From an uncultured Alphaproteobacteria bacterium (GTDB lineage: Bacteria; Pseudomonadota; Alphaproteobacteria; Paracaedibacterales; CAIULA01), in NCBI GenBank assembly GCA_903899945.1, contig CAIULA010000029.1, positions 54,680 through 78,679 on the forward strand: a DNA stretch of 24,000 nt. The letters are read 5' to 3'. Below the pieces are notes generated by a model. The model searched no databases. It was not told the DNA's origin and saw nothing but the letters and a program-made list of their open reading frames with translations. Positions 16,670 through 24,000 of this stretch are shown piece after piece. The first letter of the stretch is position 1. Each line of letters begins with the position of its first letter. The position numbers and the translations under genes were made by a program.

Positions 16670-17359
16670 TTAATTTTGGCAGCAAGTGCATCTGTGAACA
16701 ACAATTGCCAAAACAACAGCGATAAGATGCGCAACCGCGAAAAGCCATAATTGTTCAACAGCCCAGCCGCCATGGAAAACAGCAACGCCAAGGCTTCTAG
16801 CGATGTTTACAGAAGTATTGGTTACAGGAATGCTGACCAAGTGAATTGCTGTTAAAGTCAGACCAACGGTGACACCGGTAAATTGTGCCGGGAAATTTTT
16901 TTGGGTTGTTGAAAGAATCACAAACAACAACACTGCCGTCATAACCACCTCGGTTATTAGGCAAGAAATCATATTGTATCCTTTTGGAGAATGTTCAGCA
17001 AAGCCGTTCAATGCAAAACCTTGATGAATATCAAACCCTGCTTTACCGCTTGCAATCATATAAATAATAAAACCACCCAAAATAGCCCCAAAGCATTGGG
17101 CAACGATATAGCCTATAACATTTGAAGATGGAAATTTGTTACTAAACGCCAGGCATAGCGTCACAGCCGGGTTTAGATGACAACCGGAAATAGGGCCAAG
17201 ACAGTAAGCTAAGAAAAGCAACGCTGTTCCAAAGGCAAGCGCAACACCTACAAAACCAACATCTGCGCCAGCAAAGACCGCACAACCGCAGCCCATTAAT
17301 ACCAAAAGGCACGTACCAATAAATTCTGACAAATAACGTGTAAGGGGATTAGCACTCAT
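16670..17359 (-). CDS. aqpZ: Aquaporin Z-like MIP channel (second NPA box is NIA)
   Basis: [14 protein letters not shown], first box [11 protein letters not shown], and second half [24 protein letters not shown] (E. coli AqpZ: [24 protein letters not shown]). The track start at 17371 is TTG. ATG at 17359 has GGAG 6 nt upstream and is preferred. Confidence 0.85.
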   Translation of the reverse strand: [229 protein letters not shown]

Positions 17360-17466
17360 TATCTTCTCCAATTTTATTAAAATTTGATCAATATAATGAT
17401 ATTGTTCATTAAGAAATTATTAAAGTAAAGAGGAAAAGAATTTTTGGTTCTTAGCCAAGCTATACA

Positions 17467-18771
17467 TCAAGTCATGCACTCCGCTATTTTGGTACACGGA
17501 GTATTTTTCTTTAAATTCCGAGTCACCAAACAACAAAGTGCAATCATAACTGCTAGGAATGAAAAGGCTAGCGCGTAATCTTCACTTTTGTAAAGGTGAT
17601 TACCATGAACATCAAGATCTCCTTTCCACAAGAAACGATCTAAAATTAAACCAACGCTTTGCTGCGCTAAGGCCCCACCAATCATATTGACAGTATTGGT
17701 GATACCAAGGGTTATTCCTGTTCTTCCCTTTGGAGCGTATAAGATAACACCTGTAAAACAAAGCATCTCAGCTCCGCCAAAAGCACCAAGCAATAAAATT
17801 AAAACGGTAATGCCCATAACTGGCAATTGAGGAGCCATAAGAATACAGGCGAATGCGAAAAAGATTCCGTAGGTACATACACGAATTGAGCGGTTCAAGA
17901 CATTGTATTTTTCACTGAGCCAAGGCAGCAACAGGCTGCCAATACAAAGCCCAATATACATGGTCATGCTCACCTCAGCAGCATCTCCTCTAGCAAAGCC
18001 ATATTTCGCCATTAGATAAGCAACACCCCATAAATCAGCAAGAACAGATAAAGGGGTATAAAGACCCACCGCCAAAATGGCATAGACAATCACCATCGGC
18101 GTCGAAAGAATTTCTTTCATAACCTGAATGATACTTGGTTTTTCCTCATGAATACTTTCAGTTTTATGGGAAATGGTGGGAGATTTTAAAAGAAAAATTG
18201 TTAATAGCAGAACACCAATCCCAACAATAAGCGTCAAAAGAAGGGCATGCCTCCAACCAAAAAGATCCATGGCAATACTGAGCGGTTTACCGGCGACTAA
18301 GGCGCCAACAACCCCCAGTGTTAGAGTGGCTCCATTTAAAAATCCCCGTTTTCCGGGAGGCAAAAAATCAGCGACAATTTTTAAAGTGCACATGAATGCA
18401 CAAGCGGATCCTATGCCCATCAAAATACGGCTAAGATAGGCTAGGTATAAATTATGAGTAAAAACAATTAACCCGGTTCCTGCTAAGCATATTAAAATAG
18501 AAAGAATGACTGTTTTTTTAACGCCTATTTTATCAACAAGCAGACCCACTGGAATTTGCAAAAGAGAATAAGCATAAAGATAAAAAGCACCAAAATATGA
18601 AAACTGTTCAGCATTGATTGAAAAATCGCCGCGAAGCTCATTAACCATAACTCCAGGAAAAACCCGAAGAATGTATTGATAGAAAAAGAACAAGGATAAA
18701 ATTGCCCAGGCAACATATCCTGTTCTTAAGTTTTTAGTTTGATTGGGTGACAATGAAACAAAGGACACCAC
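17467..18771 (-). CDS. MFS transporter (substrate unknown)
   Basis: About 12 hydrophobic helices and an MFS loop motif LLVDKIGVKKT between TM2 and TM3. The track start is GTG 18798. GTG at 18771 has AGGAG with a 6-nt spacer and is the more likely start. Confidence 0.8.
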   Translation of the reverse strand: MVSFVSLSPNQTKNLRTGYVAWAILSLFFFYQYILRVFPGVMVNELRGDFSINAEQFSYFGAFYLYAYSLLQIPVGLLVDKIGVKKTVILSILICLAGTGLIVFTHNLYLAYLSRILMGIGSACAFMCTLKIVADFLPPGKRGFLNGATLTLGVVGALVAGKPLSIAMDLFGWRHALLLTLIVGIGVLLLTIFLLKSPTISHKTESIHEEKPSIIQVMKEILSTPMVIVYAILAVGLYTPLSVLADLWGVAYLMAKYGFARGDAAEVSMTMYIGLCIGSLLLPWLSEKYNVLNRSIRVCTYGIFFAFACILMAPQLPVMGITVLILLLGAFGGAEMLCFTGVILYAPKGRTGITLGITNTVNMIGGALAQQSVGLILDRFLWKGDLDVHGNHLYKSEDYALAFSFLAVMIALCCLVTRNLKKNTPCTKIAECMT

Positions 18772-19071
18772 TAGGTACTCCTGGCTACAAAAACGCACGT
18801 GGTAATTTTATTAACAATAAGAAACTTATTAAACTAACCAAGCTCAATAGATCAATGGTTGGAGCGTGATACGTTACCACGGTCGTTTGTAAAGGAAACA
18901 AGGAGTCTTTAAATATAAACTTTGTATCATAGTTTAAAAATAAAAATAATATTAACAAAGGTCAACTGAAAATTAGATTCCCTTCAACTTGATCAGCAAA
19001 GTTCCATATAGACGAATCTATGGAAACCCTGTTAGATTCAGGAAATTCTATAATAATCAGGAGTCATAATA

Positions 19072-19533
19072 ATGAGCCAATCCCAAGATCAAGATGGCGT
19101 TTTGCCGTTTGTTATCAGAGGTCAGTATATAAAAGACCTTTCCTTTGAAAATCCTAATCCATTAAAGCACCTTACAGAAGAAACCGATAAAAAACCGAAT
19201 ATCTCGGTCGACATTCAAGCTAAAGCAGGAAACATTGGGGAAAATACGTTTGAAGTTGTTTTGGAAATTCAAATCGATGCAAAACGCGATGATGAACAAA
19301 TGTTTTTAGTAGAGCTGAGTTATGCCGGCATCGTCACTCTTGGAAATGTTTCCGAAGAACATATAGAACCCTTATTAATGATTCACTGCCCGTCTCTGTT
19401 GTTCCCATTTGCGCGCAATATAATTGCTGACGCCGTTCGTGATGGTGGATTTGCCCCACTCATGTTAGCGCCTGTGGATTTTGCCTATCTCTATCAACAA
19501 CAAAAAGCCGGTGCCCAACAAAAAGTCAATTAA
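19072..19533 (+). CDS. secB: Protein-export chaperone SecB
   Basis: 153 aa. FVIRGQYIKDLSFENPN..., ...FLVELSYAGIV.., LLMIHCPSLLFPFARNIIADAVRDGGFAPLMLAPVDF are classic SecB. AGGAG lies upstream of the ATG. Confidence 0.9.
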   Translation: MSQSQDQDGVLPFVIRGQYIKDLSFENPNPLKHLTEETDKKPNISVDIQAKAGNIGENTFEVVLEIQIDAKRDDEQMFLVELSYAGIVTLGNVSEEHIEPLLMIHCPSLLFPFARNIIADAVRDGGFAPLMLAPVDFAYLYQQQKAGAQQKVN

Positions 19534-19554
19534 CTTAGATTAACAGGGATGCAA

Positions 19555-20319
19555 TTAGCGCACCCCTGCCTTTGTTTTGGCTACATTAATAGTGTCAATT
19601 CGTGTTTTTTGCGCCGTTAACGCCTCCGCTCTGCCTTGGAGCCAACCTGATAACTCATGAACCGCCGTGCCAGACGCAACCAATATTGGTCCCATGGTAT
19701 GCTCACCTGAAACTGTAAAGCCCATACCGACAAGAGCTAAAGGAATACCTATAAAATTAAAAGTTTTTGCAAAGAAACCATCCAAACATGAACCATATTT
19801 TAAATAACTTTGATAAAGTTCACTAGTTGCAAAAAATTCATCACTTAATGCTTGTATTTCAGCAGTACTTAGATTTTCTGACTTAGCTTTTGTGACATGA
19901 TCGTCAAGCTTTTGTTCAATAAGCGCAGCTCTTTGTTGAGAAGAACTAAAAAATATTGCGCCTGCTTGTTTAGCGGCACCGCCAATTCCTAAAAGAGGGG
20001 CGCTGACATGCGATGAACCTAACTCTACAGCCACAATACTTCCTGCTGTTATCATTCCATATCCAGCAAGAGATAAAAATGACCCTAACAATGTTTCATA
20101 TATAGGAAGGCATGACAGGCACTTGCTAACTTTAGGAGCAGAAGTAACGACAGGAGAAGTTGAGGTTATATTAGTTTCTACATCTGTTGCTCGAACAGAA
20201 TGCATAGGGGACAATGAAAGTGTCCCGTCTCCTTTTTCTAAATCCTTCTCCATACCTTGTGAGGAATTCATCAGAAAAAGGTAAAAGATCCACAATAGAA
20301 AAAAGCGTCCTATCTTCAT
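19555..20319 (-). CDS. Hypothetical membrane protein with a signal peptide and two glycine-rich hydrophobic hairpins
   Basis: 254 aa. N-terminal MKIGRFFLLWIFYLFLMNSSQG. Two Gly/Ala-rich hydrophobic blocks of about 45-50 aa (LLGSFLSLAGYGMITAGSIVAVELGSSHVSAPLLGIGGAAKQAGAIFF and FNFIGIPLALVGMGFTVSGEHTMGPILVASGTAV) are separated by a charged helical segment. No family recognised. Confidence 0.5.
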   Translation of the reverse strand: MKIGRFFLLWIFYLFLMNSSQGMEKDLEKGDGTLSLSPMHSVRATDVETNITSTSPVVTSAPKVSKCLSCLPIYETLLGSFLSLAGYGMITAGSIVAVELGSSHVSAPLLGIGGAAKQAGAIFFSSSQQRAALIEQKLDDHVTKAKSENLSTAEIQALSDEFFATSELYQSYLKYGSCLDGFFAKTFNFIGIPLALVGMGFTVSGEHTMGPILVASGTAVHELSGWLQGRAEALTAQKTRIDTINVAKTKAGVR

Positions 20320-20491
20320 CGACTCAGCCCTTGCTTGATACTTGCATCACTTAATTATGTTAGGCAGTAATTATTAAAAAATTATTTATTGAGAAAAAGA
20401 AATTTATAAACCCCATTGCCCTTCGCAAAATAAGGACGTAAGGTTAACGTAATGAAAAAGATTCTTTTTTTTACCTGTTGTATTTCAAAAA

Positions 20492-20567
20492 CCGGGTCAC
20501 CACGCTGCGCCCGCGGTGACGTCGTTCACCGTCATCGCGAGAAGCCAAAATCAACGCAGGAATCCGG
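20492..20567. repeat. GC-rich palindromic intergenic element carrying a CGTCATCGCGAG core
   Basis: CCGGGTCACCACGCTGCGCCCGCGGTGACGTCGTTCACCGTCATCGCGAGAAGCC..CGCAGGAATCCGG. GTCACCaCG/CGCGGTGAC form an imperfect 9-bp stem, nested alternatives exist (GGTGAC/GTCACC), and CCGG closes the ends. It is sharply GC-rich against an AT-rich spacer. The CGTCATC core also occurs (reverse complement) in the element at 22321-22383 and as a fragment at about 6738. Confidence 0.5.
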
Positions 20568-20603
20568 AAGAATTATTATTCTCACCTTGTTTGAGCGTTA
20601 ATT

Positions 20604-20774
20604 GTGTTAAGCAAATTATTATTCTTTCAGAATTGGCATCCATTAGGACGTAAATTAGCCATTCTGATCCTTGCCAAAATAATAATTCTTTGGGTTTTTT
20701 TCCGTCTTGCCCCTGTTCAAAAACAAACTATAACTCCAACTGCCTTGTCACAAAAATTGGTAAATCATGATTGA
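20604..20774 (+). CDS. Small membrane protein translationally coupled to cydA (possibly DUF4492-like)
   Basis: Not in the track because it is under 60 aa. GVG start gives VLSKLLFFQNWHPLGRKLAILILAKIIILWVFFRLAPVQKQTITPTALSQKLVNHD (56 aa, GTG start). One TM helix follows a GRKL motif, and the stop TGA (20772-20774) overlaps the cydA ATG (20767-20769). It resembles, from memory, the GRxLWLIIxxKLxxxFxxLKxFFFP core of small proteins encoded upstream of cydA in Bacteroidetes. The SD is weak. Confidence 0.4.
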   Translation: MLSKLLFFQNWHPLGRKLAILILAKIIILWVFFRLAPVQKQTITPTALSQKLVNHD

Positions 20775-22299
20775 TCCAACCGTTGTTCTTTTGTCCCGTC
20801 TACAATTTGGCTTAACAGCCATGTACCACTTTTTATTTGTGCCATTGACCCTTGGTCTTTCGCTTTTGATTGCGATCATGGAAAGTGTCTATGTGATGAC
20901 CAATCGTCCCATTTGGAAACAAATGACTAAATTCTGGGGACTTTTGTTTGGTATTAATTTTGCTATGGGGGTTGCAACAGGCATTACCCTTGAATTTCAA
21001 TTTGGCACCAACTGGGCCTATTATTCGCATTATGTTGGTGACATTTTCGGTTCTCTGCTTGCAATCGAGGGGTTAATGGCCTTTTTCTTAGAGGCTACTT
21101 TTATTGGTTTATTTTTCTTTGGCTGGAATAAATTATCTAAAATTGGGCACTTAACTGCGACGTGGATGGTTGCCATTGGCAGTAATTTTTCAGCCTTATG
21201 GATTTTAATTGCTAATGCCTGGATGCAAAATCCAGTCGGTGCAGCCTTTAATCCTTATACCATGCGAATGGAATTAACTTCGTTTTACGAAATATTTTTT
21301 AATCCCGTTGCTCAATCCAAAGTCGTTCATACGGTTAGCGCCGGCTATGTCACTGGGGCCATCTTTGTGTTTGGTGTCAGTGCATTTTACCTATTAAGGG
21401 GGCGTCATCTTGAACTTGCTAAACGGTCCATGACGGTTGCCGCAAGTTTTGGATTAGCTGCTGCTTTATCAGTTGTTGTCTTAGGCGATGAAAGCGGTTA
21501 TACAGCCTCCCAAAACCAGAAAATGAAGGTAGCCGCTATCGAAGCCATGTGGGAAACGGAACCCGCCCCTGCAGGTTTTGTGGTTTTTGGAATTCCTGAT
21601 ATTGATCATCACAAAACTCATTATGAGGTCAAGGTTCCATGGGTATTAGGGTTAATCGCTACACGTTCCTTAGATCAAGAAATTCCAGGCATCCAAGATT
21701 TGGTAAAAATTGCCGAACAGCGAATTCGCACAGGCCTTTTGGCCTATAAAGCTCTAAAGGACCTTCGAAGTGATCTTCACAATCAAAGTGCTCGTCAAGT
21801 TTTCCAGGAGCATTCAAAGGATCTAGGTTATGCTCTTTTATTAAAACGATATCATGACCCTGTTTTAGGGGCGAATGATGAGCAGATCAAAATGGCTGCA
21901 AATTCAACCATCCCGAATGTCCCCTGGTTATTTTGGTCGTTCCGTTTGATGGTTGGGTTTGGCCTTTTCTTTATAGGCTTCTTTGCATTTGCCTTTTACC
22001 TTTCTGCTCGCAGGCGCTTTGAAAAGCATCGGTGGTTCTTAAGGCTTGCTATTATTAGTTTACCCTTTCCATGGATAGCCGCGGAACTGGGATGGTTTGT
22101 GGCAGAGCACGGTCGTCAACCTTGGGCGATTGAAGGAGTCCTTCCGACATTCTGCGCGGCTTCTGCTGTGAATGCCAGTTCTGTATGGTTTACCTTGATT
22201 GGTTTTGTTGTTTTTTACACAACTCTTGCCATTGTTGATGTATTCTTAATGGTGAAATACATCAAACTGGGTCCGGATGGGGCCTTGAAAACTCATTAG
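20767..22299 (+). CDS. cydA: Cytochrome bd ubiquinol oxidase subunit I (long Q-loop type)
   Basis: 510 aa. LSRLQFGLTAMYHFLFVPLTLG (His19 ligand), LAIEGLMAFFLEATFIGLFFFGW, VHTVSAGYVTG (His186), KVAAIEAMWETEPAPAGFVVFGIPD, a long Q-loop ..DLGYALLLKRY.., FRLMVGFG (Met393 equivalent) and GWFVAEHGRQPWAIEG. It is colinear with E. coli CydA. Confidence 0.92.
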   Translation: MIDPTVVLLSRLQFGLTAMYHFLFVPLTLGLSLLIAIMESVYVMTNRPIWKQMTKFWGLLFGINFAMGVATGITLEFQFGTNWAYYSHYVGDIFGSLLAIEGLMAFFLEATFIGLFFFGWNKLSKIGHLTATWMVAIGSNFSALWILIANAWMQNPVGAAFNPYTMRMELTSFYEIFFNPVAQSKVVHTVSAGYVTGAIFVFGVSAFYLLRGRHLELAKRSMTVAASFGLAAALSVVVLGDESGYTASQNQKMKVAAIEAMWETEPAPAGFVVFGIPDIDHHKTHYEVKVPWVLGLIATRSLDQEIPGIQDLVKIAEQRIRTGLLAYKALKDLRSDLHNQSARQVFQEHSKDLGYALLLKRYHDPVLGANDEQIKMAANSTIPNVPWLFWSFRLMVGFGLFFIGFFAFAFYLSARRRFEKHRWFLRLAIISLPFPWIAAELGWFVAEHGRQPWAIEGVLPTFCAASAVNASSVWFTLIGFVVFYTTLAIVDVFLMVKYIKLGPDGALKTH

Positions 22300-22320
22300 A
22301 TCTACCGCATAAACTCTATT

Positions 22321-22383
22321 CGTCATACTCGGACCTTTCTGTGATCCGAGTATCAGACCCTCGTTTCGCGCACGAAGATGACG
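22321..22383. repeat. GC-rich branched palindromic element (same family as 7435-7491)
   Basis: An outer stem CGTCAT (22321-22326) / ATGACG (22378-22383) encloses hairpin ATACTCGGA-cctttctgtga-TCCGAGTAT (22325-22353) and hairpin TCGT-ttcgcgc-ACGA (22361-22375). The segment CCTCGTttcgcgCACGAAGATgacGCTATGG aligns with CCTCGTgcttgagaCACGAGGATccatGCTATGG at 7436-7469. Confidence 0.55.
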
Positions 22384-22412
22384 CTATGGTGATGTGTTAT
22401 GAAAGAAATCTA

Positions 22413-23900
22413 TTAAAATCTATCTTCGTAATATTTCATCAAAAATTCATTTAATAGTCTGACGCCAAAAGCAGAGGCGCCTTTGCCAACTAATGGTTTG
22501 TCTTTCTTTTCCCAGGCCATACCTGCTATATCCAAATGCGCCCAAGGAACGTTATTGACAAATCGTTGCAAGAATTGGGCTGCAGTAATACTGCCAGCAC
22601 CGCGGCCTGAGCCTGTATTTTTAACATCCGCAATGTCTGAATCGATGTCCTTGTCATAAGAATCACCCATCGGTAAACGCCACAGTTTTTCACCAACGCT
22701 ATTACCGGCATCTGTTAATTTACGGGAAAGCTCGTCATTATTGGAAAACAAACCCGCGTATTCCCAGCCAAGCGCTACGGAGATTGCCCCTGTTAAGGTT
22801 GCAAGGTCAATCATCGCTTGAGGTTTAAAACGATCTTGAGCGTACCATAAGGCATCTGCCAAAACCAATCGCCCTTCGGCATCGGTATTGATAACTTCGA
22901 TCGTTTGGCCAGACATGGATGTCACAACATCGGCTGGGCGCTGAGCTGACCCAGATGGCATGTTTTCAACCATGCCCATGATACCAACCGCATTGACTTT
23001 GGCACCACGAAGCGCAAGCGCTTTGAACAATCCCAGCACAACACCAGATCCTGCCATGTCATATTTCATATCCTCCATACCATTTGAGGGTTTTATGGAA
23101 ATACCACCGGTGTCAAACGTTACGCCTTTACCAACAAAGGCAACAGGCGGCTCGCCCTTTGGGCCATGCATCCATTCCAAGACAATCAATTTTGATTCCC
23201 GAATGCTGCCTTGCCCCACGCCCAAAAGTGCGCCCATTCCCAGCTTTTTCATGTGTTTCTCATCAAGAACCTCAACGCCCACTTTGAGACGCTTAAGCTC
23301 AGAGGCGATTTCAGCCATTGATTCAGGATAAAGAATATTTGGCGGCTCAGAAACGACGTGACGAGTCAGAGCAACGCCTTCGGCAACGTGCTTCAAGGGT
23401 TCAAATGCTTTTTCCGAAGCCGCAGGTTCCGGCGTTATAAAAATAAGTTCTTTTAATGAAGATTCTTCTTTTTTCTTGGTTTTGTATTTGTCAAATTTCC
23501 AAGATCGAAGATTCATTCCGGCCGCAACATTAGCCACCATCTCGGGCAACTGCCTTATTTTATCATCCATAATGTCAACAATTACTTGAACATCTTGGCA
23601 TTTGCTCAGTGCTGCTATAATCTTGCCGCCTAATTGCTGAAAATCAAGCGGTGATGATCCTTTTGGATTTCCAAGACCGACAAGTAAAACTTGACTGTTT
23701 GAAATGCCATGTGGAGCAAGAATCGAAAGAATTTCATCCTTTTTTCCAGTAAATGAGCTCTTTTCAATAGCTCTCTTAAGTGTTCCTTGAATTTGTGAAT
23801 CAATGATCTGGGCTGATCTGGTTAAGACCTTTTCCTCAAAAACACCAAGCACCAATGTGCCGTTGGATTCTCCAAGAATCTTTTGAAATGAAATCTGCAT
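22413..23900 (-). CDS. pepA: Leucyl aminopeptidase (M17 family)
   Basis: 495 aa. VGKGVTFDTGGISIKP, MKYDMAGSG and the M17 signature NTDAEGRLVLADAL, plus AHLDIAG. Confidence 0.92.
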   Translation of the reverse strand: MQISFQKILGESNGTLVLGVFEEKVLTRSAQIIDSQIQGTLKRAIEKSSFTGKKDEILSILAPHGISNSQVLLVGLGNPKGSSPLDFQQLGGKIIAALSKCQDVQVIVDIMDDKIRQLPEMVANVAAGMNLRSWKFDKYKTKKKEESSLKELIFITPEPAASEKAFEPLKHVAEGVALTRHVVSEPPNILYPESMAEIASELKRLKVGVEVLDEKHMKKLGMGALLGVGQGSIRESKLIVLEWMHGPKGEPPVAFVGKGVTFDTGGISIKPSNGMEDMKYDMAGSGVVLGLFKALALRGAKVNAVGIMGMVENMPSGSAQRPADVVTSMSGQTIEVINTDAEGRLVLADALWYAQDRFKPQAMIDLATLTGAISVALGWEYAGLFSNNDELSRKLTDAGNSVGEKLWRLPMGDSYDKDIDSDIADVKNTGSGRGAGSITAAQFLQRFVNNVPWAHLDIAGMAWEKKDKPLVGKGASAFGVRLLNEFLMKYYEDRF

Positions 23901-24000
23901 AGGACCTACATACGTAAAAAGAAACTAAGTTTGATTATATATTGACTGTCCATGCAGGCAAAGGGATTTCATTGAAATTAAAACAATAAAAAGATACAAA

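Noticed and set aside
20452-20601. 49-codon ORF MKKILFFTCCISKTGSPRCARGDVVHRHREKPKSTQESGRIIILTLFER
   Set aside because: Most of its length is a read-through of the GC-rich palindromic element. It is not credible as a functional gene in its present form and is mentioned only as a possible interrupted remnant.
22960-23331. 123-aa and 67-aa plus-strand ORFs inside pepA
   Set aside because: They are antisense shadow ORFs in the more GC-rich catalytic-domain region of pepA, and their Pro/Ser/Thr-rich products look like noise.

Overview
AT-rich (about 40% G+C by eye, not computed), densely coding chromosomal segment. The gene content looks alphaproteobacterial, probably from a reduced or host-associated lineage: NtrY, DUF1467, CyaY/frataxin, SecB, TamB, RecR, CydA and PepA. 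I support 21 protein-coding genes (one partial at the left edge, one short ORF missing from the track), one tRNA-Ala(GGC), one clear bidirectional terminator and three short GC-rich palindromic intergenic elements. I found no transposase, integrase, phage gene, CRISPR array, toxin-antitoxin pair or known defence system, and no convincing multi-gene novel system. The observations most worth follow-up are: (1) a TssH/ClpV-type AAA+ ATPase with no other T6SS gene nearby; (2) an intact long-Q-loop cydA with no cydB downstream, bracketed by GC-rich palindromic elements and preceded by a translationally coupled small membrane ORF; (3) an ORFan island at 5.6-8.0 kb encoding three secreted or membrane proteins, separated by unusually long spacers; (4) a 78-aa three-helix protein resembling a single PnuC repeat; (5) a frataxin gene that starts 20 nt after a tRNA and overlaps an ABCB-type exporter; (6) an AqpZ-like channel whose second NPA box reads NIA. 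All product calls rest on motif and colinearity recognition by eye. No database search was run.
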